From Anaerolineae bacterium (GTDB lineage: Bacteria; Chloroflexota; Anaerolineae; UBA1429), in NCBI GenBank assembly GCA_034436315.1, contig DAOTVR010000130.1, forward strand, positions 1 through 43,477: a DNA stretch of 43,477 nt, in the 5' to 3' direction. Each line of letters starts with the position of its first letter. Within the stretch, counting starts at the first letter, position 1. The translations under genes were made by a program, and so were the position numbers. Of this stretch, positions 1 through 7,178 are shown in pieces. The notes beneath the pieces were generated by a model that was not told where the DNA came from, made no database searches, and worked only from the letters and a program-made list of their open reading frames with translations.

Positions 1-1
1 C

Positions 2-1231
2 ACCCCCTGGCAGCCCCTCGCCCCCGGCTCGCCCTACTACTTCTTCGTCCCGCGCCGGGCCGAAAACCCGCACTACCCATCCTGGCCGCAGATCAACCGC
101 ATCTTTCCCGTGAACAGCGTCGGCATCGTCACCGCGCGGGATGGGTTTACCATTGCTTTTGATAAAAGCGAATTACAAAACCGCATTCTGCAATTTCAGA
201 ACGTGCAGGGCTTGCCCGATGAGGTGCTGGCGCAGGCTTACGGACTGAAAGACAAGCCCGGCTGGTCGTTGGCCGCCGCTCGCAAAAAAGTCCAGGCTGA
301 CATGAATGCACAGAATAAAATCTACCCTATCCTCTACCGTCCCTTTGACGTGCGCTATATCTTCTACCATGAAGCCGTCATTGAACGCCCCCGCCCCGAG
401 GTCATGCGCCACATGCTGGCGGGGGAGAACCTGGCGCTCGTTATCACTCGCCAAGTAAAAGCGAGCGAAACTTGGCAACATTGCCTTGTCAGCAACTACA
501 TATTGGAATCGTCCTTAGTATCTAACCACACCAGCGAGATCGGTTACGCCTTTCCCCTCTACCTCTACCCTTCCGACGAGTCGCCGGACATGTTCCAGCG
601 GGCGCGCCGGCCCAACCTGGCCGAGTGGCTCACGCCCCAACTGGCCGCCGCCTACGGCTTCACGCCCACGCCGGAAGAGGTGCTGGCCTACATCTACGCC
701 GTCCTCTACAGCCCGAGCTACCGCGAAAAATACGCCCAGGAACTGCGCGTGGATTTCCCCCGCGTGCCCTTTACGGCGGATGGCGAGCTCTTCCGGCGGA
801 TGGCGGCGTTGGGCCAACAACTGATCGACCTGCACCTGCTGCGTCGCCCCGCCCTGCTCGCGGGGGGTGGCGCGCCGGCGGTCAAGTACCAGGGGCACGG
901 CGACGATACCGTGCAGGCCGTGCGCTACGACGCCCAGGCCCGGCGCGTGTGGATCAACGCGAACAAGTACTTTGAGGGCATCACTGCGGAGATGTGGGGC
1001 TATCCGATCGGCGGCTACCGGGTGTTGGAAAAATACCTGAAAGACCGCAAGGGCCGGCGGCTGGAAGACCCCGTGCGCTACATTCACATCGCCACGGCCA
1101 TCGCCCACACGATAGAGCTTCAGCGGCAGCTAGAAGCGCTCTACCCGCAGGTGGAGGACGAGGTTTTGCCCTTGGCCACCCAAACGGCGTCCGGGGCCGA
1201 CGCCCTCCTCGGCGGTGCGGCCGAGACATAG
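2..1231 (+). CDS. Type ISP / Type IIG restriction-modification enzyme, C-terminal region (5' end cut by window edge)
   Basis: Frame 2 is open from base 2 (TPWQPLAPGSPYYFFVP..IFPVNSVGIVTARD) into listed ORF 110..1231. The motifs YYFFVP, NSxGIxTARD, RPFDxRYIxY, NLALxxxRQ, YAFPLY, LYSPxYRxKY and DFPRVP match my memory of the C-terminal domain of LlaGI/LlaBIII-type enzymes. Confidence 0.75.
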   Translation, partial: TPWQPLAPGSPYYFFVPRRAENPHYPSWPQINRIFPVNSVGIVTARDGFTIAFDKSELQNRILQFQNVQGLPDEVLAQAYGLKDKPGWSLAAARKKVQADMNAQNKIYPILYRPFDVRYIFYHEAVIERPRPEVMRHMLAGENLALVITRQVKASETWQHCLVSNYILESSLVSNHTSEIGYAFPLYLYPSDESPDMFQRARRPNLAEWLTPQLAAAYGFTPTPEEVLAYIYAVLYSPSYREKYAQELRVDFPRVPFTADGELFRRMAALGQQLIDLHLLRRPALLAGGGAPAVKYQGHGDDTVQAVRYDAQARRVWINANKYFEGITAEMWGYPIGGYRVLEKYLKDRKGRRLEDPVRYIHIATAIAHTIELQRQLEALYPQVEDEVLPLATQTASGADALLGGAAET

Positions 1232-1276
1232 GCCGTTAGGTGCCATCAGGAGGATCCTTGAGGAGTGGAGGGAAAC

Positions 1277-1579
1277 ATGTTGAGCCGTGAAGAGATCATC
1301 GCTTTATTGCGACAGCATTACCCTTATCTTGCCGCCGAGTACGGCGTGAAGAGGGTGGGCCTGTTCGGCTCGTTCGCCGAGGGGCTTCCCGACGAGAGAA
1401 GCGACATTGACCTCATCGTTGAATTTGACCGCCCGATAGGATTCCGGTTTGTGGAATTGGCCGAATATCTTGAGCGCCTACTGGGGCGGGAAGTCGATCT
1501 ATTGACCCCCGCAAGCATCCGGGGGATTCGGATACCCTGGATTGCGGACGACATCGAGCGGAGTGTCATCTATGTCTAA
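1277..1579 (+). CDS. mntA: MNT-type nucleotidyltransferase (antitoxin of a HEPN/MNT pair)
   Basis: Has the GLFGSFAEG..DIDLIVEF (GS..DxD) minimal NTase motif. The ATG at 1277 follows GGAGGGAAAC. It overlaps the next gene by 8 nt (ATGTCTAA). Confidence 0.85.
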   Translation: MLSREEIIALLRQHYPYLAAEYGVKRVGLFGSFAEGLPDERSDIDLIVEFDRPIGFRFVELAEYLERLLGREVDLLTPASIRGIRIPWIADDIERSVIYV

Positions 1580-1925
1580 GCGCACCGACAGAGAATTCCT
1601 GAGCGATATCCTGGAGGCCATTCGTCGCATCAAGGCCTACACGGAGGGCATGACGTATGAGGCTTTCCTAGAAGATACCAAAACCCAGGACGCGGTCGTG
1701 CGCAATTTAGAGATCATCGGTGAGGCCGTGAAAAATCTCTCCGAAGAGTTACGGCAAGGGTACAGTGCTATTCCTTGGAAAAACATGGCCGGGGCACGGG
1801 ATCGCCTGATCCATCACTATTTTGGGATCAGTGTGGATATTGTGTGGGATATCGTTAGCGTTGAGCTGAACGCAGTGGCTTCTCAGATAGAACAAATCTT
1901 GGCTGCGAAGAGGGACGGCGCCTAA
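1572..1925 (+). CDS. hepT: HepT/DUF86 HEPN-domain toxin
   Basis: [20 protein letters not shown].. is a DUF86-like N-terminus. The RDRLIHHY stretch contains the Rx4H HEPN motif. It is translationally coupled to the upstream MNT gene. Confidence 0.85.
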   Translation: MSKRTDREFLSDILEAIRRIKAYTEGMTYEAFLEDTKTQDAVVRNLEIIGEAVKNLSEELRQGYSAIPWKNMAGARDRLIHHYFGISVDIVWDIVSVELNAVASQIEQILAAKRDGA

Positions 1926-2010
1926 CGGGCGCAGGCGAAGCGCGAGCTATCGGTCCGCTGAGGCTTCATAGGGTGCAACAAACATTTAAACCGCCACAGG
2001 GCATAACAAA

Positions 2011-2033
2011 GCGGCCGGCTTTTCGCCGGCCGC
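2011..2033 (-). terminator. Intrinsic terminator hairpin downstream of tRNA-Pro
   Basis: GCGGCCGGC-TTTTC-GCCGGCCGC is a perfect 9-bp stem. On the minus strand it is followed by TTTGTTAT. Confidence 0.6.
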
Positions 2034-2038
2034 CTGTG

Positions 2039-2112
2039 TCGGGGCGAGACGATTTGAACGTCCGACCACTTGAACCCCATTCAAGTGCGCTACCTGGCTG
2101 CGCTACGCCCCG
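2039..2112 (-). tRNA. tRNA-Pro (anticodon GGG), CCA not encoded
   Basis: The reverse complement CGGGGCGTAGCGCAGCCAGGTAGCGCACTTGAATGGGGTTCAAGTGGTCGGACGTTCAAATCGTCTCGCCCCGA folds by hand into a 74-nt cloverleaf. It has a 7-bp acceptor stem, a GCGC/GCGC D stem, a CTTGA/TCAAG anticodon stem with loop AT-GGG-GT, and a GGACG/CGTCT T stem with a TTCAAAT loop. Confidence 0.9.
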
Positions 2113-2123
2113 GGCACAGGGGA

Positions 2124-2152
2124 AGTATAGCATCCTTGAGCCCATTTAGCAA
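2124..2152 (-). promoter_or_regulatory. Sigma70-type promoter for tRNA-Pro
   Basis: The minus strand reads TTGCTA-17nt-TATACT. The -10 element ends about 11 nt before the tRNA 5' end. Confidence 0.6.
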
Positions 2153-2161
2153 ATCGCGGGG

Positions 2162-2193
2162 TGCGCTTGCGCCGAGAGATCGTTACCGGGCGG
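2162..2193. repeat. Left copy of a ~31-nt imperfect direct repeat bracketing the AbrB/PIN cassette
   Basis: TGCGCTTGCGCCGAGAGATCGTTACCGGGCGG here matches TGCGCTTGCGCCGAGATCGTCACCAGAGCGG at 3093-3123. Confidence 0.6.
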
Positions 2194-2278
2194 TGAGCAA
2201 ATAACTTAGATCGGACAAGCGTGGGCGAAGCGCCTTGGCGGGGGGATTTCGCTCAGGGCCGGGACGTTGTGGCCAAAC

Positions 2279-2728
2279 TTACGAGGGAGCTGTGGCGTGC
2301 CCTTCCTTGGAGCTCAGTGCCTCCAAAAGCTCATTGGGAAGGACGATCTTGAGGCCTGAGCGCTGGGCAATATGGGATTGACCCACAAAGTGGCGTCGGT
2401 CCAGGCTGACCAAGAAATCCACCTGGGCCCGTTTAGCCGCAGCGATGATCGGAGCATCCTTGGGCACGGTGTACTTCATCGCCTCCTTTACCTCCCGTTT
2501 GGTCGGGCGCACCATCTCGAAGCCTATCGCCTCGCACAGGCGGTCAAAGTAGGAGACGACCTCCGGCGCCTTCGCTTGGAGATTTCTCCTTGCTTCCTCC
2601 AACACCAGTTGGCTGGTCACCAAGCCTATTCCACCCCGGATGGCTTGGCGGATGATCTCCCGTGAGGCCCCCGTCTCCGAGTAGGCGGCAGCAAAGAGCA
2701 CGCTAGCATCAAGGAAGGCGCGAATCAT
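2279..2728 (-). CDS. vapC: PIN-domain ribonuclease toxin (VapC-like)
   Basis: MIRAFLDASVLFAAAY.. is a PIN N-terminus with the first acidic residue. The start at M25 of the listed ORF gives an ATGA overlap with the upstream antitoxin stop. Confidence 0.8.
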   Translation of the reverse strand: MIRAFLDASVLFAAAYSETGASREIIRQAIRGGIGLVTSQLVLEEARRNLQAKAPEVVSYFDRLCEAIGFEMVRPTKREVKEAMKYTVPKDAPIIAAAKRAQVDFLVSLDRRHFVGQSHIAQRSGLKIVLPNELLEALSSKEGHATAPS

Positions 2729-3012
2729 TCTTGGTCGGTCTTGATGCCGTATTCTTCTTCCAGGAGCTGGCCGCGGATCTCCCGACCCGCCTCGATCCAT
2801 TCCTCAAGGCTGATCCCTCGCTCCTTGAGGGCCTTGCCAAGGCGATCAAGGGCCTCCGTCGCCACCACTTCCCGAGGGCTTATAAGGACTCCATGCTCGG
2901 TCTCGATGAAGGCCACCAAGTCGCCTTTCTTCACCCCCAGCTTGCGGCGAATCGCCGCCGGAATGGTGACCTGGCCCTTCTCCTGAACCACAGACAGGTT
3001 TAAGGCTGGCAT
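2725..3012 (-). CDS. vapB: AbrB/SpoVT-family antitoxin (VapB-like)
   Basis: VQEKGQVTIPAAIRRKLGVKKGDLVAF is a SpoVT-AbrB swapped-hairpin motif. The ATG at 3012 is preceded by AGGAGAGAATCCG. The longer listed N-terminus falls in the predicted leader. Confidence 0.8.
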   Translation of the reverse strand: MPALNLSVVQEKGQVTIPAAIRRKLGVKKGDLVAFIETEHGVLISPREVVATEALDRLGKALKERGISLEEWIEAGREIRGQLLEEEYGIKTDQE

Positions 3013-3054
3013 CGGATTCTCTCCTAAAGTCATACATTCATACTTCATGGAATC

Positions 3055-3083
3055 ATTTTACTTCTCCGGCGGTTATCTGTCAA
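3055..3083 (-). promoter_or_regulatory. Sigma70-type promoter of the vapBC-like operon
   Basis: The minus strand reads TTGACA-17nt-TAAAAT. Confidence 0.6.
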
Positions 3084-3092
3084 GTGCCAAAA

Positions 3093-3123
3093 TGCGCTTG
3101 CGCCGAGATCGTCACCAGAGCGG
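3093..3123. repeat. Right copy of the direct repeat bracketing the AbrB/PIN cassette
   Basis: See 2162-2193. The two copies differ by a 2-nt indel and about 4 substitutions. Confidence 0.6.
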
Positions 3124-3207
3124 ACCCATCTCCCCCGTTACCAGTGGACCGCCTGCGCCGGGCGCACCATGGGGTGTACTTTTACGATTACACGGGCTTT
3201 GCCTCAC

Positions 3208-3236
3208 TTGACAGAGCCCCTCCCCTATGCTAGCAT
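3208..3236 (+). promoter_or_regulatory. Sigma70-type promoter of the cold-shock gene
   Basis: TTGACA-17nt-TAGCAT. It implies a leader of about 130 nt before the ATG at 3371. Confidence 0.55.
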
Positions 3237-3370
3237 GTCGCCCGGTCGCTGCCCCCGCGTCCGCGTTCGCGGGCAAGCAGTCCGAGGCCCTTGTGTGTCG
3301 GGGGCGAGGTGCCGGGGACCCGCGGGGCAAGCGAACCGTTGTAGATCTGTTGAAGGAGGTCATGGTTTCA

Positions 3371-3592
3371 ATGTCTGAGCGCATCACCGGCAAAGTCAAG
3401 TGGTTCAGCCGAACCAAGGGCTATGGGTTCATCACGCCGGATGGCGGCGAGAACACCAAGGACGTCTTTGTGCACTATTCGGCCATCCGCGGCGAAGGCT
3501 TTCGCAACCTGAAAGAGGGCGAACGGGTGGAGTTCACCCTGGAGGATACCCCCAAAGGGCCGCAAGCGTTTGACGTAGCCGTCTTGGAATAG
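3371..3592 (+). CDS. cspA: Cold-shock protein (CspA family)
   Basis: [35 protein letters not shown] carries RNP1 (KGYGFI) and RNP2 (VFVHY). The ATG at 3362 is an alternative start, immediately after GAAGGAGG. Confidence 0.92.
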   Translation: MSERITGKVKWFSRTKGYGFITPDGGENTKDVFVHYSAIRGEGFRNLKEGERVEFTLEDTPKGPQAFDVAVLE

Positions 3593-3616
3593 AGAGCCAC
3601 ATCCCCCGATCCAACC

Positions 3617-3642
3617 GACCCCGACGAGCTTTCGTCGGGGTC
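3617..3642 (+). terminator. Terminator hairpin after cspA
   Basis: GACCCCGACGA-GCTT-TCGTCGGGGTC is a perfect 11-bp stem followed by ATCGTTTCCC. Confidence 0.6.
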
Positions 3643-3672
3643 ATCGTTTCCCCCTTCGACCCAGCACCTCGG

Positions 3673-3702
3673 TTGACAAAGCATGGCCTTTTATGGTAAG
3701 GT
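3673..3702 (+). promoter_or_regulatory. Candidate sigma70-type promoter upstream of the ECF sigma gene
   Basis: TTGACA-18nt-TAAGGT. The -10 element is weak. Confidence 0.35.
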
Positions 3703-3832
3703 AGGTTCGATGAACGTCTCTCTCGCGGGCAAAGGGGCCAAAGGTAAACGGTAGGTTAATCTTTCTTTATCTCTCGGGCCTTTACGTATCTTTTGCCAGG
3801 CCCTCACGTCTATAAGGAAGAAAACAGCTCAG

Positions 3833-4378
3833 ATGCGAGCCGTTGATGAAGGACAGCTCCTGGATAGAGCCAAAGACTATGATTGTGCGGCCCTGGGCGA
3901 GCTGTATGACCGTTATGCGGCCAAGATCTATAACTATATCTACTATCAGGTTGGGGACCCGGACCTGGCAGAAGACCTAACGGCCAGCGTCTTTACCAAG
4001 CTCTTGGACGCCATTCGCACGGACAAGGCCTGGCAGCTCTCGTTTTCGGCCTGGCTTTACCGTATCGCGCACAACCTCGTGGTGGATCATTTCCGCCGCG
4101 CCGAACACGAGAAGGCCCTGCCGCTCAACGAGCTCATCACCGCTGCCGTGGACGATCCGCTGTCGTCTGTGGAGCGCACCCTCTCATCGGATGCGGTCCG
4201 CAAGGCCATGCGCAACCTGACCGCGGAGCAACAGCTTGTGATCCTGCTCAAGTTCTCGGAGGAGCTGAGTAACCAGGAAGTGGCCCAGATCATGGGCAAG
4301 ACCGAGGGGGCGATCAAATCGCTACAATATCGGGCGCTCGCCGCGTTGCGTCGCTGTTTGGAAACAGATGGGTCTTAG
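3833..4378 (+). CDS. ECF-type RNA polymerase sigma factor
   Basis: Region 2 is recognisable (FSAWLYRIAHNLVVDHFRR), as is the region 4 HTH (LTAEQQLVILLKFSEELSNQEVAQIMGKTEGAIKSLQYRA). Confidence 0.9.
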   Translation: MRAVDEGQLLDRAKDYDCAALGELYDRYAAKIYNYIYYQVGDPDLAEDLTASVFTKLLDAIRTDKAWQLSFSAWLYRIAHNLVVDHFRRAEHEKALPLNELITAAVDDPLSSVERTLSSDAVRKAMRNLTAEQQLVILLKFSEELSNQEVAQIMGKTEGAIKSLQYRALAALRRCLETDGS

Positions 4379-4410
4379 CAAAGACCCGTCCGGGGATATG
4401 AGGGGGAAGG

Positions 4411-6066
4411 ATGACCAAAGGCATCGAGACCGTATTGGATGAATGTCTCGCCTGCCTCGCAGACGGGGAAAGCCTGGAGGCGTGCCTGGCACGCTATCCG
4501 CAGTTTCGGGGGGAGTTGGAGCCTCTGCTGCGGACGGCCCTCACGCTGCGCAAGGCCTACGCCCGGCCGGCTCCCTCCCAAGAGGCCCTGGCGCGCGTGC
4601 GCAGGGGCTTTTTGGCCGAGGCGGAGCGCCGCCAACGCGCCCTGGCCGAACGCAAACGGCGCGGCTGGCTCCGTTGGCAGCCCCAATTCAGCCTCTCGCG
4701 CGGGCTGGCCACGGCCCTTTTGACCCTGGTGTTGCTTTTCGGCCTCTTGGGGGGCGGGAGCATCGTCTCGGCCAACAGCCTCCCCGGCGACCCCCTCTAC
4801 GGGGTGAAGCGCGCCTCGGAGAAAATGCTCCTCCTCTTGACCTTCGACGCCCAGCAGCGCGCCGCCTTGGAGCGCCAATTTGAGAGCCGCCGCGTGGAAG
4901 AGGTCAAGAAGGTCGTGGAGCAGGGCCGACAGGTGGAGGTGGATTTCGCCGGCGTGGTGGAGAAGGTGGAGGGGGAGATCGTCTTCGTCCAGGGGATCCC
5001 CCTGCGCTGGGTCTCCGACCAACCCCCGGCCATAGGGACCGAGGTCCACGTCCGCGCCAAGACACAAGGGGAAGGCCCCCTGGAGGTCAAGGCCCTCGCC
5101 GTGCGCGAGCCGGCCCCCGCCGCGGCCCCGGTGGCCTCATCGCCCACCTTCACCGCCACGGCGACGGTCTCGTCTGAGCGCCGGCCGAGCGATACGCCGG
5201 CCGCCAAGCCCACCGACAAGCCGACTCCCACGTACACCATCCCGCCGACCGAGACGGCCCGGCCCACGGAGACGGCCACGGCGGAGGTCACCGCCACCGA
5301 GATGCCCAGCCTGACGGCCACCCCCACGCGGACGCCGACCCGCCCGCCCACGGCGACGCCCGTGCCGCCGCCCGAGGGGGTCAAGGTGCGCATTGAGGGG
5401 CGCATCGACGAGATCACCGACGCCTATTGGACGGTCAACGGCGAGCGCGTGCTCCTGCAGCGGGCCACCCGCTTCAACCTGACGCGCGCCCCGGCCCAGG
5501 TGGGCGGTTGGGCGGTGGTCGACGCCCTCAAGACCGGCGACGGCCGCCTCTTGGCGGAGGAGATCGTGGTCATGCGCGGCGCCGAGCAGCCGCCGGTATC
5601 CCGGGAGTTCAGCGGGATCATCGAGGCCATCGCCGAGGGGCGCTGGACGATCGGCGGGCGCGAGGTGCGCATCGTCGGCGATACGGTGATCGAAGGCACC
5701 CCGGCGGTGGGCGCGCTGGCCCACGTGCGCGCCGACCAATACGCCGACGGGCGCTTGGTGGCCCGACGGATCGTCGTCGAGAGCGAGCAGGTGGTGCAAT
5801 TTACGGGGATCATCAGCTCCATCGCCGCGGATCGGTGGGTGATCGGCGGTCAGGAGGTCTGGATAGATACCAACACGCGGATTGAAGGGCAGCCCACGGT
5901 GGGGGCCATGGCCGAGGTGGAGGCGCTACAGCGCGCCGACGGCACCTTGCACGCCCGACGGATCCGGGTGGAGCCGCCCGCCTCGCCGGAGGCGGCAGCC
6001 CCCACGGCCGAGCCGCCGGAGACGGCCGTCCCCACGGCCATCCCCACGGAAGGGGCCTCATCGTGA
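4411..6066 (+). CDS. Anti-sigma factor-like membrane protein with four extracytoplasmic DUF5666-type repeats
   Basis: It lies immediately downstream of the ECF sigma gene. It has a Cys-containing N-terminal helix domain, one TM segment (LATALLTLVLLFGLLGGG) and a PT-rich linker. About four units of the type FSGIIEAIAEGRWTIGGREVRIVGDTVIEG..ADGRLVARRIVV follow. Confidence 0.75.
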   Translation: MTKGIETVLDECLACLADGESLEACLARYPQFRGELEPLLRTALTLRKAYARPAPSQEALARVRRGFLAEAERRQRALAERKRRGWLRWQPQFSLSRGLATALLTLVLLFGLLGGGSIVSANSLPGDPLYGVKRASEKMLLLLTFDAQQRAALERQFESRRVEEVKKVVEQGRQVEVDFAGVVEKVEGEIVFVQGIPLRWVSDQPPAIGTEVHVRAKTQGEGPLEVKALAVREPAPAAAPVASSPTFTATATVSSERRPSDTPAAKPTDKPTPTYTIPPTETARPTETATAEVTATEMPSLTATPTRTPTRPPTATPVPPPEGVKVRIEGRIDEITDAYWTVNGERVLLQRATRFNLTRAPAQVGGWAVVDALKTGDGRLLAEEIVVMRGAEQPPVSREFSGIIEAIAEGRWTIGGREVRIVGDTVIEGTPAVGALAHVRADQYADGRLVARRIVVESEQVVQFTGIISSIAADRWVIGGQEVWIDTNTRIEGQPTVGAMAEVEALQRADGTLHARRIRVEPPASPEAAAPTAEPPETAVPTAIPTEGASS

Positions 6067-6088
6067 GCCGCATAAAGGGGGCGAGGTC

Positions 6089-7060
6089 ATGAGGAGAGCG
6101 TTCGTCAGCATCCTGGGGGTGATCGTCAGCCTGTTGGTCACTCTAATGGTCGGCGCGCCGGCGCTGGCCGCGTCGGGCCGGGGCCCGGTGCTCATCTGGA
6201 CGCCGACCCGGCCCATCGCCGTGCGCTTTGAGGGCATCCTCACTCAGGTCTCCGCGATCCCCGGCGAGTGGCGCGTGGAGGGGATCAGCTTCCTCGTCAA
6301 CGCCGAGACCGAGATCTCCCCGGAGGGCTATACCCCCCAAGTGGGCGATTACGCCATCGTCAGCGCCATCCGCGAGGGCGAGACGCTCACCGCCACGCGC
6401 ATCCTCATCCGCGAAAAGAGGCTCTTTGAGTTTCGGGGAGTCATCACCGTCCTCCCGCCGGAGCCTTACGACGGGGAGTGGCTCATCGGCGGGGTGCGCG
6501 TGTGGGTCAATTCGCGGGCCACGCTGATCACCAACCGGCCCGCGCTCAGCTACTATGCCGACGTCAAGGGACGGCTGCGCCCCGACCTCCAGGTGGAGGC
6601 GACCGAGATCGTGGTCCTGAACCCCCAGGATGTCGCCAACGGCTTTGAGTTCCAAGGCCCCATCGAGCAGATCGCCTCTACCCCCACGCAAGAGGGCCCC
6701 TGGGTGATCGCCGGGGTGCAGGGGCTGGTCAGCGCCGATACGCGCATTGAGGGCGCGCCGGCAATCGGGGCGACGGCCGGCGTCACCGGCAAGCGCCTGG
6801 CCGACGGCACCCTGTTCTTTGAGCGCATCCGCGTGCTCACCGAGGCCGAGAACCAGGTGCGCGTGAGCGGCCTCATTGAGGAGATCCAGGAGGATTATTG
6901 GCTCATCGGCGGGCAGATGGTGGAGCTTGAGGAGACGACCTTCATAGACGAAAGCCGTTGTCGCGCCGCCGTGGGCATGTGGGCGGAGGCCATCGCCTAT
7001 CGCTGCTATGGCAGCGCGCTCTGCGCCCTGCGCATTCGGGTGGAAAGGCCCGAGGAATAG
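6089..7060 (+). CDS. Secreted protein with four DUF5666-type repeats
   Basis: The ATG at 6089 follows AAAGGGGGCGAGG and gives the signal peptide MRRAFVSILGVIVSLLVTLMVGAPALAASG. Four units of the type F(E/Q)GxIxxI..W.I.G..V.V...T.I are present. The listed upstream extension overlaps the previous gene and is Arg/Pro junk. Confidence 0.75.
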   Translation: MRRAFVSILGVIVSLLVTLMVGAPALAASGRGPVLIWTPTRPIAVRFEGILTQVSAIPGEWRVEGISFLVNAETEISPEGYTPQVGDYAIVSAIREGETLTATRILIREKRLFEFRGVITVLPPEPYDGEWLIGGVRVWVNSRATLITNRPALSYYADVKGRLRPDLQVEATEIVVLNPQDVANGFEFQGPIEQIASTPTQEGPWVIAGVQGLVSADTRIEGAPAIGATAGVTGKRLADGTLFFERIRVLTEAENQVRVSGLIEEIQEDYWLIGGQMVELEETTFIDESRCRAAVGMWAEAIAYRCYGSALCALRIRVERPEE

Positions 7061-7074
7061 GGCCTAAGATACAA

Positions 7075-7150
7075 GGCTGAAGTCCTCAGCCTTCAGCGAT
7101 CAGCCATCAGCCCTCGGCTGAGGGGCTGACGGCTGAAAGCTGATAGCCGA
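7075..7150. repeat. Heptamer-armed hairpin element (family 2)
   Basis: Left arm is CCTCAGC CTTCAGC GATCAGC CATCAGC CCTCGGC. Right arm is GGGGCTG ACGGCTG AAAGCTG ATAGCCG. It lies directly after the stop at 7060. Confidence 0.7.
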
Positions 7151-7178
7151 TTTTCCGGCTCATCCTTCTAGGAAAAGC

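Noticed and set aside
3227-3370. Long N-terminal extension of the cold-shock ORF.
   Set aside because: Csp proteins are about 65-75 aa. The extension overlaps the predicted promoter (its TAGCAT -10 at 3231-3236) and the leader, and is Arg/Gly-rich.
3690-3832. ECF-type autoregulatory promoter (GAAC..CGTC) upstream of the ECF sigma gene.
   Set aside because: TGAACGTC and CGTCTA motifs are present, but not at the -35/-10 spacing (16-17 nt) expected for ECF promoters.
5882-6088. Upstream extension of the DUF5666 protein ORF (MKGSPRWGPWPRWRR..).
   Set aside because: It overlaps the 3' end of the anti-sigma gene in another frame and is Arg/Pro-rich junk. The ATG at 6089 has an RBS and yields a proper signal peptide.
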